Assembly: GCA_964276515.1 (NCBI GenBank)
Contig: OZ193909.1
Coordinates: 16,368,001 to 16,432,000 of the forward strand
Direction of reading: 5' to 3'
Length of the DNA: 64,000 nt
Origin: Gordius albopunctatus
Taxonomy: Eukaryota
Shown here: in pieces, positions 1 through 27,680 of the stretch
How the letters are laid out: each line of letters begins with the position of its first letter
Numbering within the stretch: the first letter of the stretch is position 1
Made by a program: the position numbers and the translations under genes
Notes under the pieces: generated by a model
What the model saw: the letters and a program-made list of their open reading frames with translations, nothing else
Database searches by the model: none
What the model was told of the DNA's origin: nothing

Positions 1-211
1 AATATTTATGTTTTTAAACGATTTTTTTTGGATAAAAGCGAGGCGCTTTTGTAAAAAAACTAATTTTTATTGATTTAAGAGAATTTCTTATTTATTTTAA
101 TAGCATACAAAATTTACTTTTGAATTTTTGTGAAATTATAGAATATAATTCATTGTTAAGATCTTGATTTAAATTAATAAGATAAAATTTATCATTTCAT
201 AGGCACGCAAA

Positions 212-363
212 CATGGGCCTAGCCAGGTTTTGGATTAGGGGGGGGGGCAAAACGTTTAAAAGTTTAATTAGGCAGGGGCAAAACATGAAAAATTTTAATT
301 TTTAAGGATTTTTGCATTAAAAATTTTTTTTCTTCATTCACCGCCCCCCTGGCTACGCCCATG
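212..363. mobile_element. CATGGGCGTAGCC-family MITE (abundant, hAT-like)
   Basis: TIRs CATGGGC.TAGCCAG / CTGGCTACGCCCATG with 8-bp TSD CACGCAAA. Other full or partial copies near 400-532, 1818-1959, 2197-2348, 2751-2906, 4446-4553, 5418-5526, 5816-5970, 10554-10691, 13347-13454, 15557-15659, 19257-19414, 28237-28516, 46673-46787, 54203-54346, 57221-57355 and 58045-58148. Confidence 0.85.
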
Positions 364-3324
364 CACGCAAATAATAATTCGCATTTTCTTTTAATACCTC
401 ATGTTGGGGGGGGCGGGCGAAAATTGTTTTTGTTCAATTAGTGGGGGGGGGGGGGGGCAAAACATAAATTTTTTAATTTTTAAGGGTTTTTGTATTGAAA
501 ATTCTTTTTTATCATCCTTGGCTACGCCCATGTTTACAATACAATTTAGTTGTAGGTATAGACGGTTAAAATTAGCTATCGATCTAAATTTTTTAACAGC
601 CATTAGTTAGTTTATTACATAGTCCCATACAAATATACAATTAATAACCAGGCGAGTAGCCAGGATTTTCTCCCAGGGGGTGGGGGGGGGGAAAATTTCC
701 ACACAAAAAATTAAACATTTTTATTTAAACATCAAAATTATGAAATCTGGTATAAAACATAAAGAAAGTCATTATAAATAATTAACTTGGTCAGTTACGT
801 TGTACAACTATAAAATATAAACTTTAGATCTAAAATATTTTTTTTCCATAAAAAATCGGGCCCCTTAATTAGGCCACTGTTAATAACTATAGTCATCGAT
901 GAAATATCGAGCAATAAGAGAAACTCTAGATCTAGAACATATTTATAATAATGCGGATTAGCATTTGATCCATAAAACTGAGAATTAATTAAAAAATGTA
1001 GTAAAAAAACAAAGCGAATGTATTTAAACAGATTTAGCAGATTGTTAAAAAAACCTAGCAATGACGCAAAAAAACCTTGCTAATAAATATAAACATAATT
1101 AATGCCATTAATTATGGGGAGAAGAGACGAGGGAAAAGATATTATATATTGTATAAGCTCGAAAAAAGTCATGTCTATTAAATAAAGTTGGAATAATTTA
1201 GAAAAACTTTTTAAATATTTCATTGGCTAGGATTATTTAATCAAAATCAAAAACTTTTAGCCCGATCTCGATCAGAAAATTCAAAGATGTATACTTGGTA
1301 CCACACTTACATTAAAATTTTTTTTGATCAAAGCCGATTCGACTAAACAATTGATTAAATTCACAAAGCTTTACGCAACATGGGCATAAATTTTTTTTTT
1401 TAATTTGAAATAGTCATCATAAAAACCGTTGGCGAAGGTTTTTGGGACACCGGGGGGAAGGGGAGTTAGGTGTCATTAAGGACTCGGCCCATCTATATCC
1501 AAGAAATGTCCACATCTTAAGCGACAACATTATTTGCTTTTGCAAAACAAAAATATTCAAAAAAATTAGTTATTACAGTCGCGACAAAATATTTAACATT
1601 TTTAGCAAAAAGAGGCCGGAATTAAGCAAAAAAATTAATCTGGGAAAATATTTTACAACTATTTTTTCCCAAACCCTGGCTCCCCCAATATTTTGACTTT
1701 AATAATCCTTTACTATTTGAGATAAATTAAATTTGTTTATTAAATTCGGCCTGTCATATACATTGTAAAAATATAATGAAAAAGTATCGAGCGCATATTA
1801 AAATCAATTGGCAAGGACATGGGCGTAGCTAGCATTGGGATTAGAGGGGGAGGGGCGAAATGATCCTTTTTGAATAGACATAATTTTAATAAATTACATC
1901 AAATTTTAGGATTTAGGGAGGGGCAGCCGCCCTACCTACCCCCCTTGGCTACACTCATGTACAGGGATCCTTTTAATTTAAATTTTGCCGAAAATTCGAC
2001 AGTCGCAATTATTAATCTTCAGACAACAGACGCATTTTAGAGGCTAGACATTATTTCCACATGCCTTATAAATTTGAATTATGAGTCGTGTGTGCTTTTG
2101 AGTAAATAATTAAATTCACATGCTAGACTCAAAATTATAATTTTAGAAAGTATCCTAGGCGCGACATGCTTAAACAGTTATGTTGGAATATATTAACGGG
2201 CGTAGCCAGCTTTGGAATTAGAGGGGGGGGAATTAATGATTTTGGGAGGGTCAAGATGAAGATTTTTTGAAAATTTAGGCCATAATTTAAAAAAAAATTG
2301 GATTTAGAGGGGCCAGCCGCCCCTATGTCCCCCCCTTGGCTACGCCAATAAATATATTAGTGAATAAAATGTAGTTTTAGGTTTATGCTTGTTCCGCTTC
2401 TGCCTACACCCATAAGAAAATGTCATTTGTTAATTAATTATGGTCTATAAATGAAAGGTTTGCCTGTTTCTTTCTAGTACATCCGGTCAAAAAGTTAACT
2501 TTGTATAGCCTTATTTTCTTCCAACTTAGACGGAAAAATGCAATAAAAACTGAATATCAACTGGTCTGGTAGTAAATCAGTTATTTAACAAAATAAATTT
2601 CTATAAACAATGTTAACTGCTTTTGTGTTAATAGTTTGATTTGATTAACTGATCAAATTTCAGCTCAAATACGATAGAAAACTTTATTTTATTGATTTTT
2701 ACTTCAAATTTAAAAATTGTTTTAGCTTAAAAGACAGTGTTACATTTATCCATGGGCGTAGCCAGCATTGGGATTAAAGGGGAGGGGCAAAATGAACATT
2801 TTTTTGAAATTTTAGCCATAATTTTAATAAATTTCAATAAATTTTTGGATTTAGAGGGAGGGGGACAGCCGCCCTTTTCTGCCCCCACCCCTTGGGAACG
2901 CCCATGAATTTATTGTAGACGAATCGTAAATTTGTCTGGTCGATAAATTAAATGCGATGAATGAATGAACGACGACGTCTTGATTGCATTTAAGTGTGTT
3001 TTATTGTTTACTTTAGCAACGAAATCCGTTCACTAAGTCTAGCGTTGCGAGAGAATGAGGCATAGCATAGTACTAGTAAGTAATAATGATTTTAAAAGAA
3101 CATGCCTATTTTATTCACGTGTACCAAGGGAAGGCTGTGCCGACTTTTTCCTAAGGTTAGCCTCCCTCCCTCCCTCACCTTCTGTGCAATGTAATGTAGT
3201 GTAGTAAGTTGTTAAGCAGTTCGGATTTGAAATTTATTCCCAATTTTTTTGTTTGAACTTTGTAAAAAGAAGTTAAATTTACATTATAAAGCGATAAATG
3301 ATGTAAAAATTGTTGTCGGCTCGA

Positions 3325-16933
<13,609 letters not shown>

Positions 16934-18442
16934 TGTTTCTATTTATCGACCTTATGAATAATTTGAGAGAACTATAAACTTTATTTTTTAAATGAAAGTA
17001 GCCTTAAAAATTTTAGCAAATTTAGAATATTTTCCATCCGTAAAGAGCGTTACCCATAGATTTTGAAGTTATATGTGCTTAGAGCCCTGCACTGACCACC
17101 GAGCGCAGCCCGGCCTGTGAGGATTTCGGGCCGGGTTCAAAAAGTAATCAATTGGTCGAGATAGGGGCCTGATGGGTCAAAAAAATCAAAGCAAATCCTG
17201 GAATTTTTCACATTAGTTTTAGTCCATTTAATAAAATTTAGACTGTCTATAATCATTTTTTGTTCGAAGACATGTTTTTATCCTATATTTATGTTTAAAA
17301 AGACATAAATATATATAAAGTAGCTATTGGTAATTTTTAAAATAGTGTAAACAAATATATTAACTAATTTTATTTTTGACCTTTAAACAAACAATATTAT
17401 ACTATATTTAGTTTAAACATTAAAATATTAGTTGATTGATTTGTACCAAAATATGGTGCAATCTTAATTCTTTAATCATCATACTTCCTGATGTTTTAAA
17501 TTGCCAATACAAAAGCTGCCGAACGGCGCTTGCCAAAAATTAAAAAAATATCTTGGACAAATTAAAAATCAAAAAATTCGACTTACCGATTAAAAGCATT
17601 TTGGCATGACTCCACCTATGCAGTATGGTCAATATAATCGTGAAAAACTATTAAAAGTGTTGCCAAATGTTTTTTTAATTATAAAGCACAAACGGTATTT
17701 ATTGAAAATTTAATTGAAAATATATTTAATTATTTATTATTTTATTTTTGTTTAAAAGCATATCAATCTAAAAGAATTTTTCCAAATGAAGGACATTACT
17801 TTTTAAAATTGCCAAGCCGTGAGGCTCTATATTAGTTTCAGTTATAATTTATGTCAACTCTATACGCATTAGTTTTTTAAGCTATTAGGGCTTCGCCCAG
17901 TGAATGCACATGAGGACTCGACGGTGGAAAAATCAATGTGACCAATGGACGGAGCTAAATCTTGTTTTGTTAACTAAGTTATAAGAGAGTGTTTTTTTTA
18001 ATTAAAATTACTTTTTTATCTTGCCCACAGGGCCTGGTTTATTTTACTTAATCCTCTAGCTACGTATTTTACTCTTTTAAACTTAGTGCCTATTTATATA
18101 GATAATCGATGCCTGTTGTGATGACCAATGTGTAAGGCATAAGACCTTCAAACCATCGTCTCTAGTAAATTAGCTTTCAAAACGAGAGAGATATAAGTTT
18201 ATACCGTTATTCTTTGTAAAAATCCAATTTAAAACGTAAAATTTTTAGTGTATTATATGTGTTACCTATTCGTAGAGCTCGTTTAAAGCATACTCATTGG
18301 TTTCAATTTATCACATGCCATTAACTTACAATGTTTGCTTTACATTTATTAATGATGTTATTACGCACAATATTAATATCTAAATATAAGCTATATTATA
18401 TTTTTACTACATGTATTATTGCAGAAATAATGTTTTTAGATT

Positions 18443-18755
18443 CAAGGCCCTCGTGGATAGGAGGAGGGGGAACGAAACTCATCTATACTCCGTATAAAAG
18501 TAGCCCATTTGCTATGCAATTTATGGGCGAGAAAGTTGGGAAGGGACGAGATTGTCTATAGGGGGGTATTAAATACAAAATGAAATACAAATTTTCCATT
18601 TAATTAAAAAAAATTGGCCTCCCCGGGTATCGAACCTACTTCCAAGTGGTTCCAGTGGTAAACACGACGAAAATCGTGACAAGACATTCGGTCCAAGACA
18701 TTCGGTGCCTGACAAGACATCGGAAAATGGAAAGTGAGCCCATAAATTGCATATT
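18443..18755 (-). mobile_element. Short HINE-like copy
   Basis: Same ACTCATCTATACTCCGTATAAAAGTAGC block, both subTIRs (TTGCTATGCAATTTATGGG and CCCATAAATTGCATA) and internal CAAGACAT(T)CGG repeats. Confidence 0.7.
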
Positions 18756-20514
18756 GGATTTTGGGGGGCAGCCGCTCCTCCCTGCCCTCCGCCCTTGGCT
18801 AAGCCCATTAGGCTAATCCTTGTATAATTCGATTTTCTGGCTTTTTACATTTTTTAATAAGACTCTCAAATAATTTGGATTCAAGGGCCCTCTAGAGTAT
18901 TTAAGTGAATTTGGAAAATTTTAAATCACGAAAAGAAATGAGTTTAGGTAATTTTAACTATCCTTGATAATGTGTAGAAAAACTTAAATTTAATTAAAAA
19001 ACGAGGAAAAAAATATTTTCGTCTTCCTTGAATTAATAATTTTATAAACCAAAAATAGCAAAATGGATATGATGCCATTTAAATAAAAAACCATTGAATA
19101 AAATCTAAAAAAGGATTCGAGACTATAAAGGCATAATGGATATATAAACCTAAAATTTTAAAAAAGGTATTAAAAAAATTGCATAGCAATTAATATATAA
19201 TCTAATCGGTATAATTATTATTTAAACGAATTCACATAATGTTTTATATTTTATTAAGTGGGTGGATCAAGGAGGGGCGGCTACCCCCTATAAATCCAAA
19301 AACTCTTTGAAGTTTATTAAAATATTGGCTAAATTATTATAAAAAAATATTATTTTACCCGTCCCATAATCATTTTTGCCCCCCCCTCGAATTCCTATGC
19401 TGGCTAGGCCCATGCTATATATGAAAGATTATTTGCATTGTATGACGTCATGAAGTAGGGATGATTTTGGGGGTCATACTAATTGTGGATGTAATTTATA
19501 AACCCCTGATCAAATAAGCAAAATAGTATACTAATTTACTGATTAAAGTTAAAGTATTATGCTTTCAAAATTTGAAGATTTTACATTACAGAAAGAGAGG
19601 AGGAAAAAAGGAATAAATACTGTGCCTGCTTGTGTCTTGGTGGCACTGACTTATTTTTATTTCTAAATTGTTGATGTTTAGATCACAATACAAGATATTG
19701 GGGGGAATATCAGTAATGCCAAGTCAGCGGTGGGCTGATAAGAGGAATGTAGTTTAACCTTGGCATATAGATAGCGCACTCCCGCGTATCGTATCTAAAT
19801 CTATTACACTTGGATATTTGATTGGGGAATGAAACCATTTTTATGGACCGTGTGAAAGCATTAAGGCGGCTAAGATTTCTCCCCCTCCAAGAAACACGAC
19901 ACATGCCCCCCCCCCTTTATAATTTAGTTTATTTATTTTATGCCTATTAATTGCTATAATCTATTGTTATCTAATTGAGGTGGTGTTAAGCGACACCCTT
20001 TGGCCACAGCTGCAAAATTTTCTTCAATTTTATGATTTTTTTAACGCCAAAAAATAAACAAATGATAAGTTTAAATCTGACAACAAATCATGTCATATAT
20101 TTTAGAAAAATGTTTAATCTTTTTGTTTAATTCCAATCATATATTTTTAAACATAGCAAATACAAAACGACGGAATTTTGTATGCATTTAGTTAGTAACC
20201 ATCTAAAAATATGATTTGCTTGTGTTTTATGTTTATTATATAATAAAATGAAACAATAATAGAAAATCAATATATTATAGATAATTTAACAAAAACATAG
20301 CAATTAAGAAATTGTTATGGAAAAAATGGAGGGCCGCAAAAAAATTATAAAATATTTGGGGGAGGGGGCGCGTGTATAAAAGGTTAAGAACCACTGATTT
20401 AAAACACTTTAGCAATAGGCTTTTTTGATCATCAAATATTAAAGAATTTGTTTCAGTATTTTATAATGATTTTAGGAGGAGCATTCTAAAATTTAAACCT
20501 TTACTTAAAAACAA

Positions 20515-21741
20515 TTTGGCCAATGGTCATTTTTTTTATTGGTCAGTACCCATAGACGGTCTATAAATACATACGAGTAAAAAAAACGAAAAAAAAATTT
20601 CAAATCACATTTTGGCCAATGGTCATTTTTATCATTGGTCAGTAGCCAGGGCACGGTAAAAAATTCATATTATCAATGATATTAACAAGAACAAAATATT
20701 AATTTAATTTTAAAAAAAAATAAAAATTTTGCCCTCTCCAGGATTCGAACCAACATCAGTAGAGGCATAGGCTTTTGTAGGGGCACAGGGACCCATATCA
20801 GTAGAGGCATAGGTCCTTTTAGGGGAGGGCACAGGGTAATTATCAATGTTAACCTAATATACCAATTCAAAAACGAAAAAAAATGTTCGAATCACAATTT
20901 GGTTAATGGTCATTTTTTCATTGGTCAGTAGCCAGCGGACGGTCAAAAAGTCATATTATCAATGGTATTAACAAGAACAATATATTAATTAAATAATAAA
21001 AATTAAAAAAAAATTTGCCCTCTCCGGGATTTGAAACCCCATTAGTAGGTATAAACCTTTGTAGGGACACAGGGACCCATATCAGTAGAGGCATAGGCCC
21101 TTGTAAGGGAGGGCATAGGGTAATTGTCAATGTTAACCTAATATACCAATTCAAAAACGAAAAAAAAATTTCGATTTATACTTTAACCAATGGTCATTTT
21201 TTTCAATGGTCAGTAGCACACGGTCAAAAAGTCATATTATCAATGGTATTAACAATAACAAAATATTAATTTAATTTATAAATTTTTTTTGTCCTGCCCG
21301 GGTATCGAACCAGCAATTAAGAACGTTCCACATTAATAGAGGCATAGGCTTTTGTAGGGGGGGGGGAGCACAGGGACCCATATCAGTATAGGCATAGGCC
21401 CTTGTAGGGGAGTGCATAGGGTAATTATCAATATTAACCTAATATTCCAATTCAAAAACGAAAATAAACCCATAAATTGCATAGCAATTAAAATTTCGAT
21501 TATAATTTGGTGAATGGTCATTTTTTCATTGGTCAGTAGCCAGCGGAAGGTCAAAAAGTCGTATTATTCATGGTGTTAACAAGAACAAAATATTAATTTA
21601 ATTTGAAAAAAAAAATTGTCCTCTCCGGGGATTGAACTCGAACCTACAAGTCAGAAAGCCGGTGTAAATACATTGGAGGGTAACGGACGGACGGACGGAC
21701 ACCAAAAAGCGAGCTCATAAATTGCATAGCAATTAAAAAAA
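20515..21741 (-). mobile_element. HINE-like copy with about 4 tandem ~285-bp units
   Basis: Units start near 20518, 20614, 20901, 21186 and 21510; (GGAC)4 at 21685-21700; subTIR CATAAATTGCATAGCAA at 21716-21732. Confidence 0.8.
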
Positions 21742-24700
21742 TACAAGCTATAAATCGATAAATATCTTATTAAATTTATAAAATAATATAAAGGTTTTAA
21801 ACTATGCCTGTAATTTTATATTTACTTTTATGATTAATAAATAAAACTTTTTAAACAATAATAATTATATGCCTAAAGATAATGAAGGTATATGAAACAT
21901 CATTCTAAATGCATCTATGTCATACGTCTGAAATGCTATAGCAGGGATTATTTCATCTAAATAATCCATACGTCCTATTAAAGTTTGAAAAATGTTTAAA
22001 AAAATTTTTTTGCAATAATAAGTTGTATCTCGGATCTTTTCCACTGAAATATAAAAGATTCCTTCTTATTAGTCCTGCATAAACTAGGCACGTACGAGTT
22101 CTATCGTAAACAATCATGAACGATCATATTAGTTGAATTAAAAGGATTTGCGCAATTAATCCTTAGTAAAAAGTTGTTGTTAACTTGGTGTTTTAATACA
22201 AATCAAATAATTTCCTGATCTAAATTGCTAAGATAAAAATTTACAAAAATCATTTGTTCCACAAACTTTATTATAAAAAAGAATGAAATTATTTACTGTC
22301 AATCCTTTGTAATTATATATGTTGTTGAAACGTGGTAAGGTAAAAGGTTCTTCCCACTTCTACTTTTTCAATCCTTATAAATATTTTATATTGCTTTAAT
22401 CGCTTATCAGTAACTAATATGTTATAATTGCTATAAAAGGGTAATATACATTTATGTTGTACTAAGTTAATGGTTTAGCTAGCATGATGAATTAATTATG
22501 CAATTTAATCTAATCGCGATATTGTTTTAATTTTTACATTTAAACATCGTTGCCCTTGTAGCAATCTTAAGGGAATGAGAATTTAGAATTAATGCATATA
22601 AAAATTAACATTTATTATCAATAAACAAAGATCACGCATTTATTACTTTTTAAGTTACAGTATATTTGATAAATCTTCGCAATTTTTCCCCAACATTTAA
22701 ATATCAATTACTGAATTATTGCATTAGAAATAATCAAATAATTAATACCAATTTAATTCATTTCTGTATAAATTGCATAAATAATTAAATTAATTTATAA
22801 TAATTTTCTCCTTAATAAGGATGATTTTGTCTTATATAAATCTGAATAAAATAAGGCACGTTAATTATGCCCTTATAAAAAATAGTTATAAATAGCAATC
22901 GAAAAAAGATCTAGGAATTGTTTATGTAAACATAAACCCTTGTAATTTAAATAGGTAAATTGAGTAATATGAAAACTTTAGCTTTAGCTGGGTATTAAAA
23001 TATTTACTTGCTACCTTACGTGTATTTAAATTTATCTTTTTATTTGATTAATAAAATAGGCAACTGCTCTAAAGGCTTTTCTTAATCTTAATTCTGCAAT
23101 TATTCCATAATCTTATGTGGTATGATTTCTACAATTTTTTTTTGTTTAATTTAGATTTTTTATTTCGATATGATGATGATACAATTGTATGATTTTCCAT
23201 AATCACCTATACGCCTAAAATTACTAATCTTTTGCAAGACACGATTTCATATTATAATGATTCATAGAAATATGACTAAGCCAAGCCAAGTCGATTAGTA
23301 AATTTAATCCCAATTAATATTATAACCATTTATTTCCCATTACCTTATCAATCCTGTAATACACTAAAAGATAATTTTACCAATAAAGATATATAACTCA
23401 CTCCCAACCCCTGCCTTCGCTGACACTCTTACTTCATCTCTTTAGCCTTTACAAACATAATATTTAAAAATCGATAGAAACGAAAGGGTTGGTGGAGGTA
23501 GTCATAAATATACCCATTATTCAATTACCTGTCGGTACAGAAAAGCTAAGGGGTAAGAGAGCGGTCTTTAGCTAATAACAAGGCAATATTTTTATAGGAC
23601 AGATGGACCCACCGCCCCTCCCCCTCCCCCCTCCTCCTTGAATATAAAATATGGCGGTTCATAGTAGTTGTAGAAGCGGGTCCTTTAAGTAATCCATTCT
23701 TCATTAACCTCATAACAATGTGTGTTTATGAGCTGCGAAGGAGGGCTAAAGAGAGCGTTTTTCAACTGGAAAATTCCCCTGGGCCATGATAAATTCAGTT
23801 TATATAAAATATTCTCCCTGAAATGAGTAGTGTTTAATATTTTGGGAACTCATACAAGCAAGACTAGTTTAAGAAGTGGCTGATGGCATTTAATTTATGA
23901 TGGTTATTAAAACTGTGGTTCTCATAATTGTGCAGTTTTATGAATAATTCCTAATTATAATCCAAACTTTATGGCTCATATCAATTAAGACTAATGTCTT
24001 CTAATTATGCTGAAAGGTTTGTAATTATAATTGTTTTAATAATATCTCATGTATTTGGTAATCTTTAATATATCTTGAAATATAAATATTAAAACTTGGG
24101 AATAAATTTGGGCATAGTTACAATCTCAAGCATATCTAATGACAATTGTTATATTTTATAATTAATGTTATACATATCGTTAAATCAAATTTCTAACAAA
24201 CTTTACCAACTAAACTCATAAGCCTATATAACTAAGGTTATGGTAATATAATAAGATCAAGTCCTAAACGTTTCTCACAGTTTTATCTGATTAAAAGTCA
24301 TTTTCATTAGTTATAATATAAATCGTTTATTAAATTTTTTAACAACATAATTAATTTATACATTACAGAAATTAACATTCGTTATAATAATACAACTTCT
24401 TTAGGCACGATCGCTCATGAACTTCACATTTTAAAGTTTTAACTGAGGTTTAATCCATTTAATAAATTCTTTGGTACTAAGCTTCTAAGTTATTTACTTA
24501 TAGTTTAGATAATTGAAAAACCTATAGTTCGGCTTCGGTGGTTATTTTTTAATAGATTAAAATAACGCGAATAAAATAAAACATCTAATTTGACACGGAC
24601 ATATATCACCAATATAGATAAAATAATCATTAAAAATAAGAATCTCGCGTGTTAAATGCTGGAGTCGCCTTAGCTACAAACGTAGAATACACATAATCGT

Positions 24701-25194
24701 AAAAAAAATTCCACCAACCATGAATGACGTTAAGCCTGCAATCGTTGATTAAACAATTTTGATATCATAAAGACATATACGCGAGCTGTCAATTTAAACA
24801 GGAATTTAATTAGTTCTAAACCATTTTAAAAATTGTAATGACGTATATGATTGGCACTATAAACGATTTTTAATAGGTGTCCGTGATGAAAAATCAATAG
24901 CTTTCTCTTTATAGGTTGGGTGTATCGATTAGAGTGAGCTAAGGCATAATTATGAGAAATTCATGCACACACCTGTTAACAAGCGCCCACTTTTCTCATT
25001 AATTAACATAAATTTTTTACTTTAAATATATATAACAGTAAACAAGTTGGAGCGTTTATATCGTGAATTTCTATTAGAATTAGCCAATACACTTTTTAAT
25101 GTTGAAAGGATCGATGCAAACCTATTGAAAATTAATTAATCGACCAGCGTTCTCATGGGTTCACCTATATCTCCGATTCCAGCCCACACTCCCC

Positions 25195-25262
25195 CACAAC
25201 ACGCGGGAAGAACAAGGAAGGGGGCGGCATAAGCGGGATTTCCCGGCCCACCTGATAAGGCT
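25195..25262 (+). promoter_or_regulatory. Candidate cis-regulatory cluster upstream of the bHLH gene
   Basis: GC-rich island in AT-rich DNA containing GCGGGAA (E2F-like), GGGGCGG (GC box), GGGATTTCCC (kappaB consensus, 25235-25244), CACCTG (E-box) and TGATAA (GATA). Motif matches only. Confidence 0.4.
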
Positions 25263-25966
25263 CCGATTTTAGTAATGAAATGTCAATTTGCGTTGCCTCC
25301 GTCATAGATATGAAACGACCAACAAATTAACGACGATAAACAATTATAAAATCGATGAAAATGACTATCTCGCTAGCTAACGTGAAGGAAGTGAATTTTA
25401 ATTTGCTATTTTCAATTTAAGAATTCTTCGAATTATTAGTATGCTTTATAATTATTGAGTTTCCACTATTGAATATAATATTTTGAATTTAAATGACTAA
25501 TTTGAAAAATTTCTTCATATCGGAGTAAATACCATTCTACTAAATAAGGAGTCCAAAATAAAGTACTTTATTAGCATTCTTTTTATACATTGCGTATATC
25601 AAATATATAATAATTATATATACTTTAAATCTACATGATAATATAATAATAATTCAAAATATTTTGTTGCTAATGTTAATTAAAAGTAAGCTTATAACCT
25701 CTCAAATTTTAAGTTACTTATGACTGCCTGCGTGCGTCTAGAGATCAATATTTAATTTCGTGTTTTCTAAAAAACTTTCGTTATAGCAATAGTTTTGATT
25801 AAAAACAAGATTTTGCTGAATTAATAATTAATGAAATTACAATTAAATGGACTATAACGTTTTGATGCACACTATATTTGTTAACCGCTAACATTAATGT
25901 GCACTTTATATTAATGCAATTATCATATATATTAAAAAAGTAAGCTTTTAAAAATTAGCATACTAA

Positions 25967-26223
25967 TCTTATATATAAAAATGAAACTATGTGTGTGTGT
26001 ATATATGCCGCCACCGATTTTGGAAACCTACCAGACCGATTTGGCTCAAAATTTCACAGTTTATTCCTGACACTCCGAAGCATGATTTAAAATTTATTCG
26101 AGCCAAATCGGTCCAGTAGTTTTCGAGAACGGTTTAGTGCCTGATTCTCAACTTTTGTAAACAACAACACAATTTAACGAACGCGTTATGTTCTAGCAAA
26201 ACAACGTTTGCCGGGTCAGCTAG
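25967..26223 (+). mobile_element. Non-autonomous Helitron
   Basis: A|TCTTATATATAAAAATG ... GCAAAACAACGTTTGC hairpin ... CTAG|T; internal inverted repeat GACCGATTTGGCTC/GAGCCAAATCGGTC. Lies about 110 bp upstream of the bHLH ATG. Confidence 0.85.
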
Positions 26224-26333
26224 TCTTATTATAAATAGTAGTGACAAGTATTTTAGTTATTTTTAGATACTTTTAAATATATTTAAAGGTGACAGTAAAG
26301 GACCTTTGGTATATTAGGACTATACTCAAAAAA

Positions 26334-27680
26334 ATGGATGAACCATTACGATCAAACAGTCAACTATCACAAGACGGTATAAAAACAACTGTACAGCACC
26401 AAGGAATGGCTGATAATGGCATTACATGTTTAATTCGGTCTTCTCACAATACTCTTGTTCAAGGTCATAACGGTAAAACTTTGCGTTTTTTAGACACTTT
26501 GGGAAAGGGAGATCGTACCCTGACCACTTTGTCCATTGGAAGCTATGAATTATTTAAGAACCTCACATCACATAACGCCCAACACAGTGTCGCTGATACA
26601 AATATTAGAAAAGATATGCTCACCACAAAAAATGCCATGCCATATGGAGTAGCAAGCGCAAGGAATAATAAACAGGCCAATGTGGTGTATAACCATTCGC
26701 CCCTTCCAAGCTTAGGAAGCGCGCATAAACTTGCCGCTGACTTTAAAGACAAACAGCATCATTCTTTCGCGAACAATGCAATTTTAACACCATCAATATT
26801 GACATTAATGTCGAAAAACGTCGCTAACAACGAAATTGTTGTTCTATCTAATTCGACGCCCTCCGATGATCAGGCTTTGAAAGTTAAATCGCAAAAAATT
26901 ATATCTAATAATACGTATTATGATGACATGACCAAAGATGAACATAATATATATCCTAAATCTTTATCATTAATAAATCCTCCCGATAACGATAGTATTT
27001 CGTCAAGCGTTTCAATTGATCAACAAGTATTATCATTCAACAAGATCAACACTTCCAGGTGCGCGAGGCGTAAATACACGAGAAATAAAAGACATTACCA
27101 AATATCGTCGACGAATGGTACTAGCAAAAAGCAATTGGGATTACACGTTCACAAAGATAAGAACATCAAACGGTTAGAGAGTAATGAGAGGGAACGCATG
27201 AGGATGCACTCTTTGAATAAGGGATTTGAAGAGTTGCGGGAAGTCATTCCTCACATTAAGAGAGAAAAGACCTTGTCCAAAATAGAGACTTTAACCTTAG
27301 CCAAAAACTATATTAAAGCTCTGACAAACTCTATATGTGAACTTAGGAACGAAGCTAAGATCTATCGCGACATCGATGATTTCAGTTTGAAAAACGGTAT
27401 TGTACCAAACATTGATTTGGAGGAAATTTTGACTAACGCGACCAAAGCGCCAACCAATTCCATGAAGTATTTTACAGACATAGGTGAATCGGTCATAAAG
27501 TTTTTACAAGACGAAGCCGATCACATGGGCTTTATAGAAGGCCTAGATTATTTACAAAGCGATCACTCTAGTTTATATGAACCGAGTTTAGAGCTTGATA
27601 TCGAAAATATACCAGATACAATAATACACAAACCTTTAACACCAAAAATGGGTAGATGGCACAAAAGAAGAATAAAATAG
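26334..27680 (+). CDS. dimm: bHLH transcription factor, Dimmed/Mist1 (BHLHA15) family
   Basis: The long ORF contains [53 protein letters not shown], the characteristic Mist1/Dimmed bHLH. The first in-frame ATG is at 26334 (the ORF track starts at GTG 26289). A TTTTAG acceptor ending at 26266 suggests an upstream non-coding exon. Confidence 0.88.
   Translation: MDEPLRSNSQLSQDGIKTTVQHQGMADNGITCLIRSSHNTLVQGHNGKTLRFLDTLGKGDRTLTTLSIGSYELFKNLTSHNAQHSVADTNIRKDMLTTKNAMPYGVASARNNKQANVVYNHSPLPSLGSAHKLAADFKDKQHHSFANNAILTPSILTLMSKNVANNEIVVLSNSTPSDDQALKVKSQKIISNNTYYDDMTKDEHNIYPKSLSLINPPDNDSISSSVSIDQQVLSFNKINTSRCARRKYTRNKRHYQISSTNGTSKKQLGLHVHKDKNIKRLESNERERMRMHSLNKGFEELREVIPHIKREKTLSKIETLTLAKNYIKALTNSICELRNEAKIYRDIDDFSLKNGIVPNIDLEEILTNATKAPTNSMKYFTDIGESVIKFLQDEADHMGFIEGLDYLQSDHSSLYEPSLELDIENIPDTIIHKPLTPKMGRWHKRRIK

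Noticed and set aside
18105..18200. H/ACA snoRNA (two hairpins separated by ATAAGA)
   Set aside because: Short weak stems, no ACA box, intergenic; not distinguishable from chance.
19715..19770. Hammerhead ribozyme (GTC...CTGATAAG within a GCCAAG/CTTGGC stem)
   Set aside because: Lacks the GAAA core and proper stems I and II.
20515..21741. Tandem repeats as a CRISPR-like array
   Set aside because: Units are ~285-bp near-copies without unique spacers, in a eukaryotic context with no cas genes; explained as HINE central repeats.
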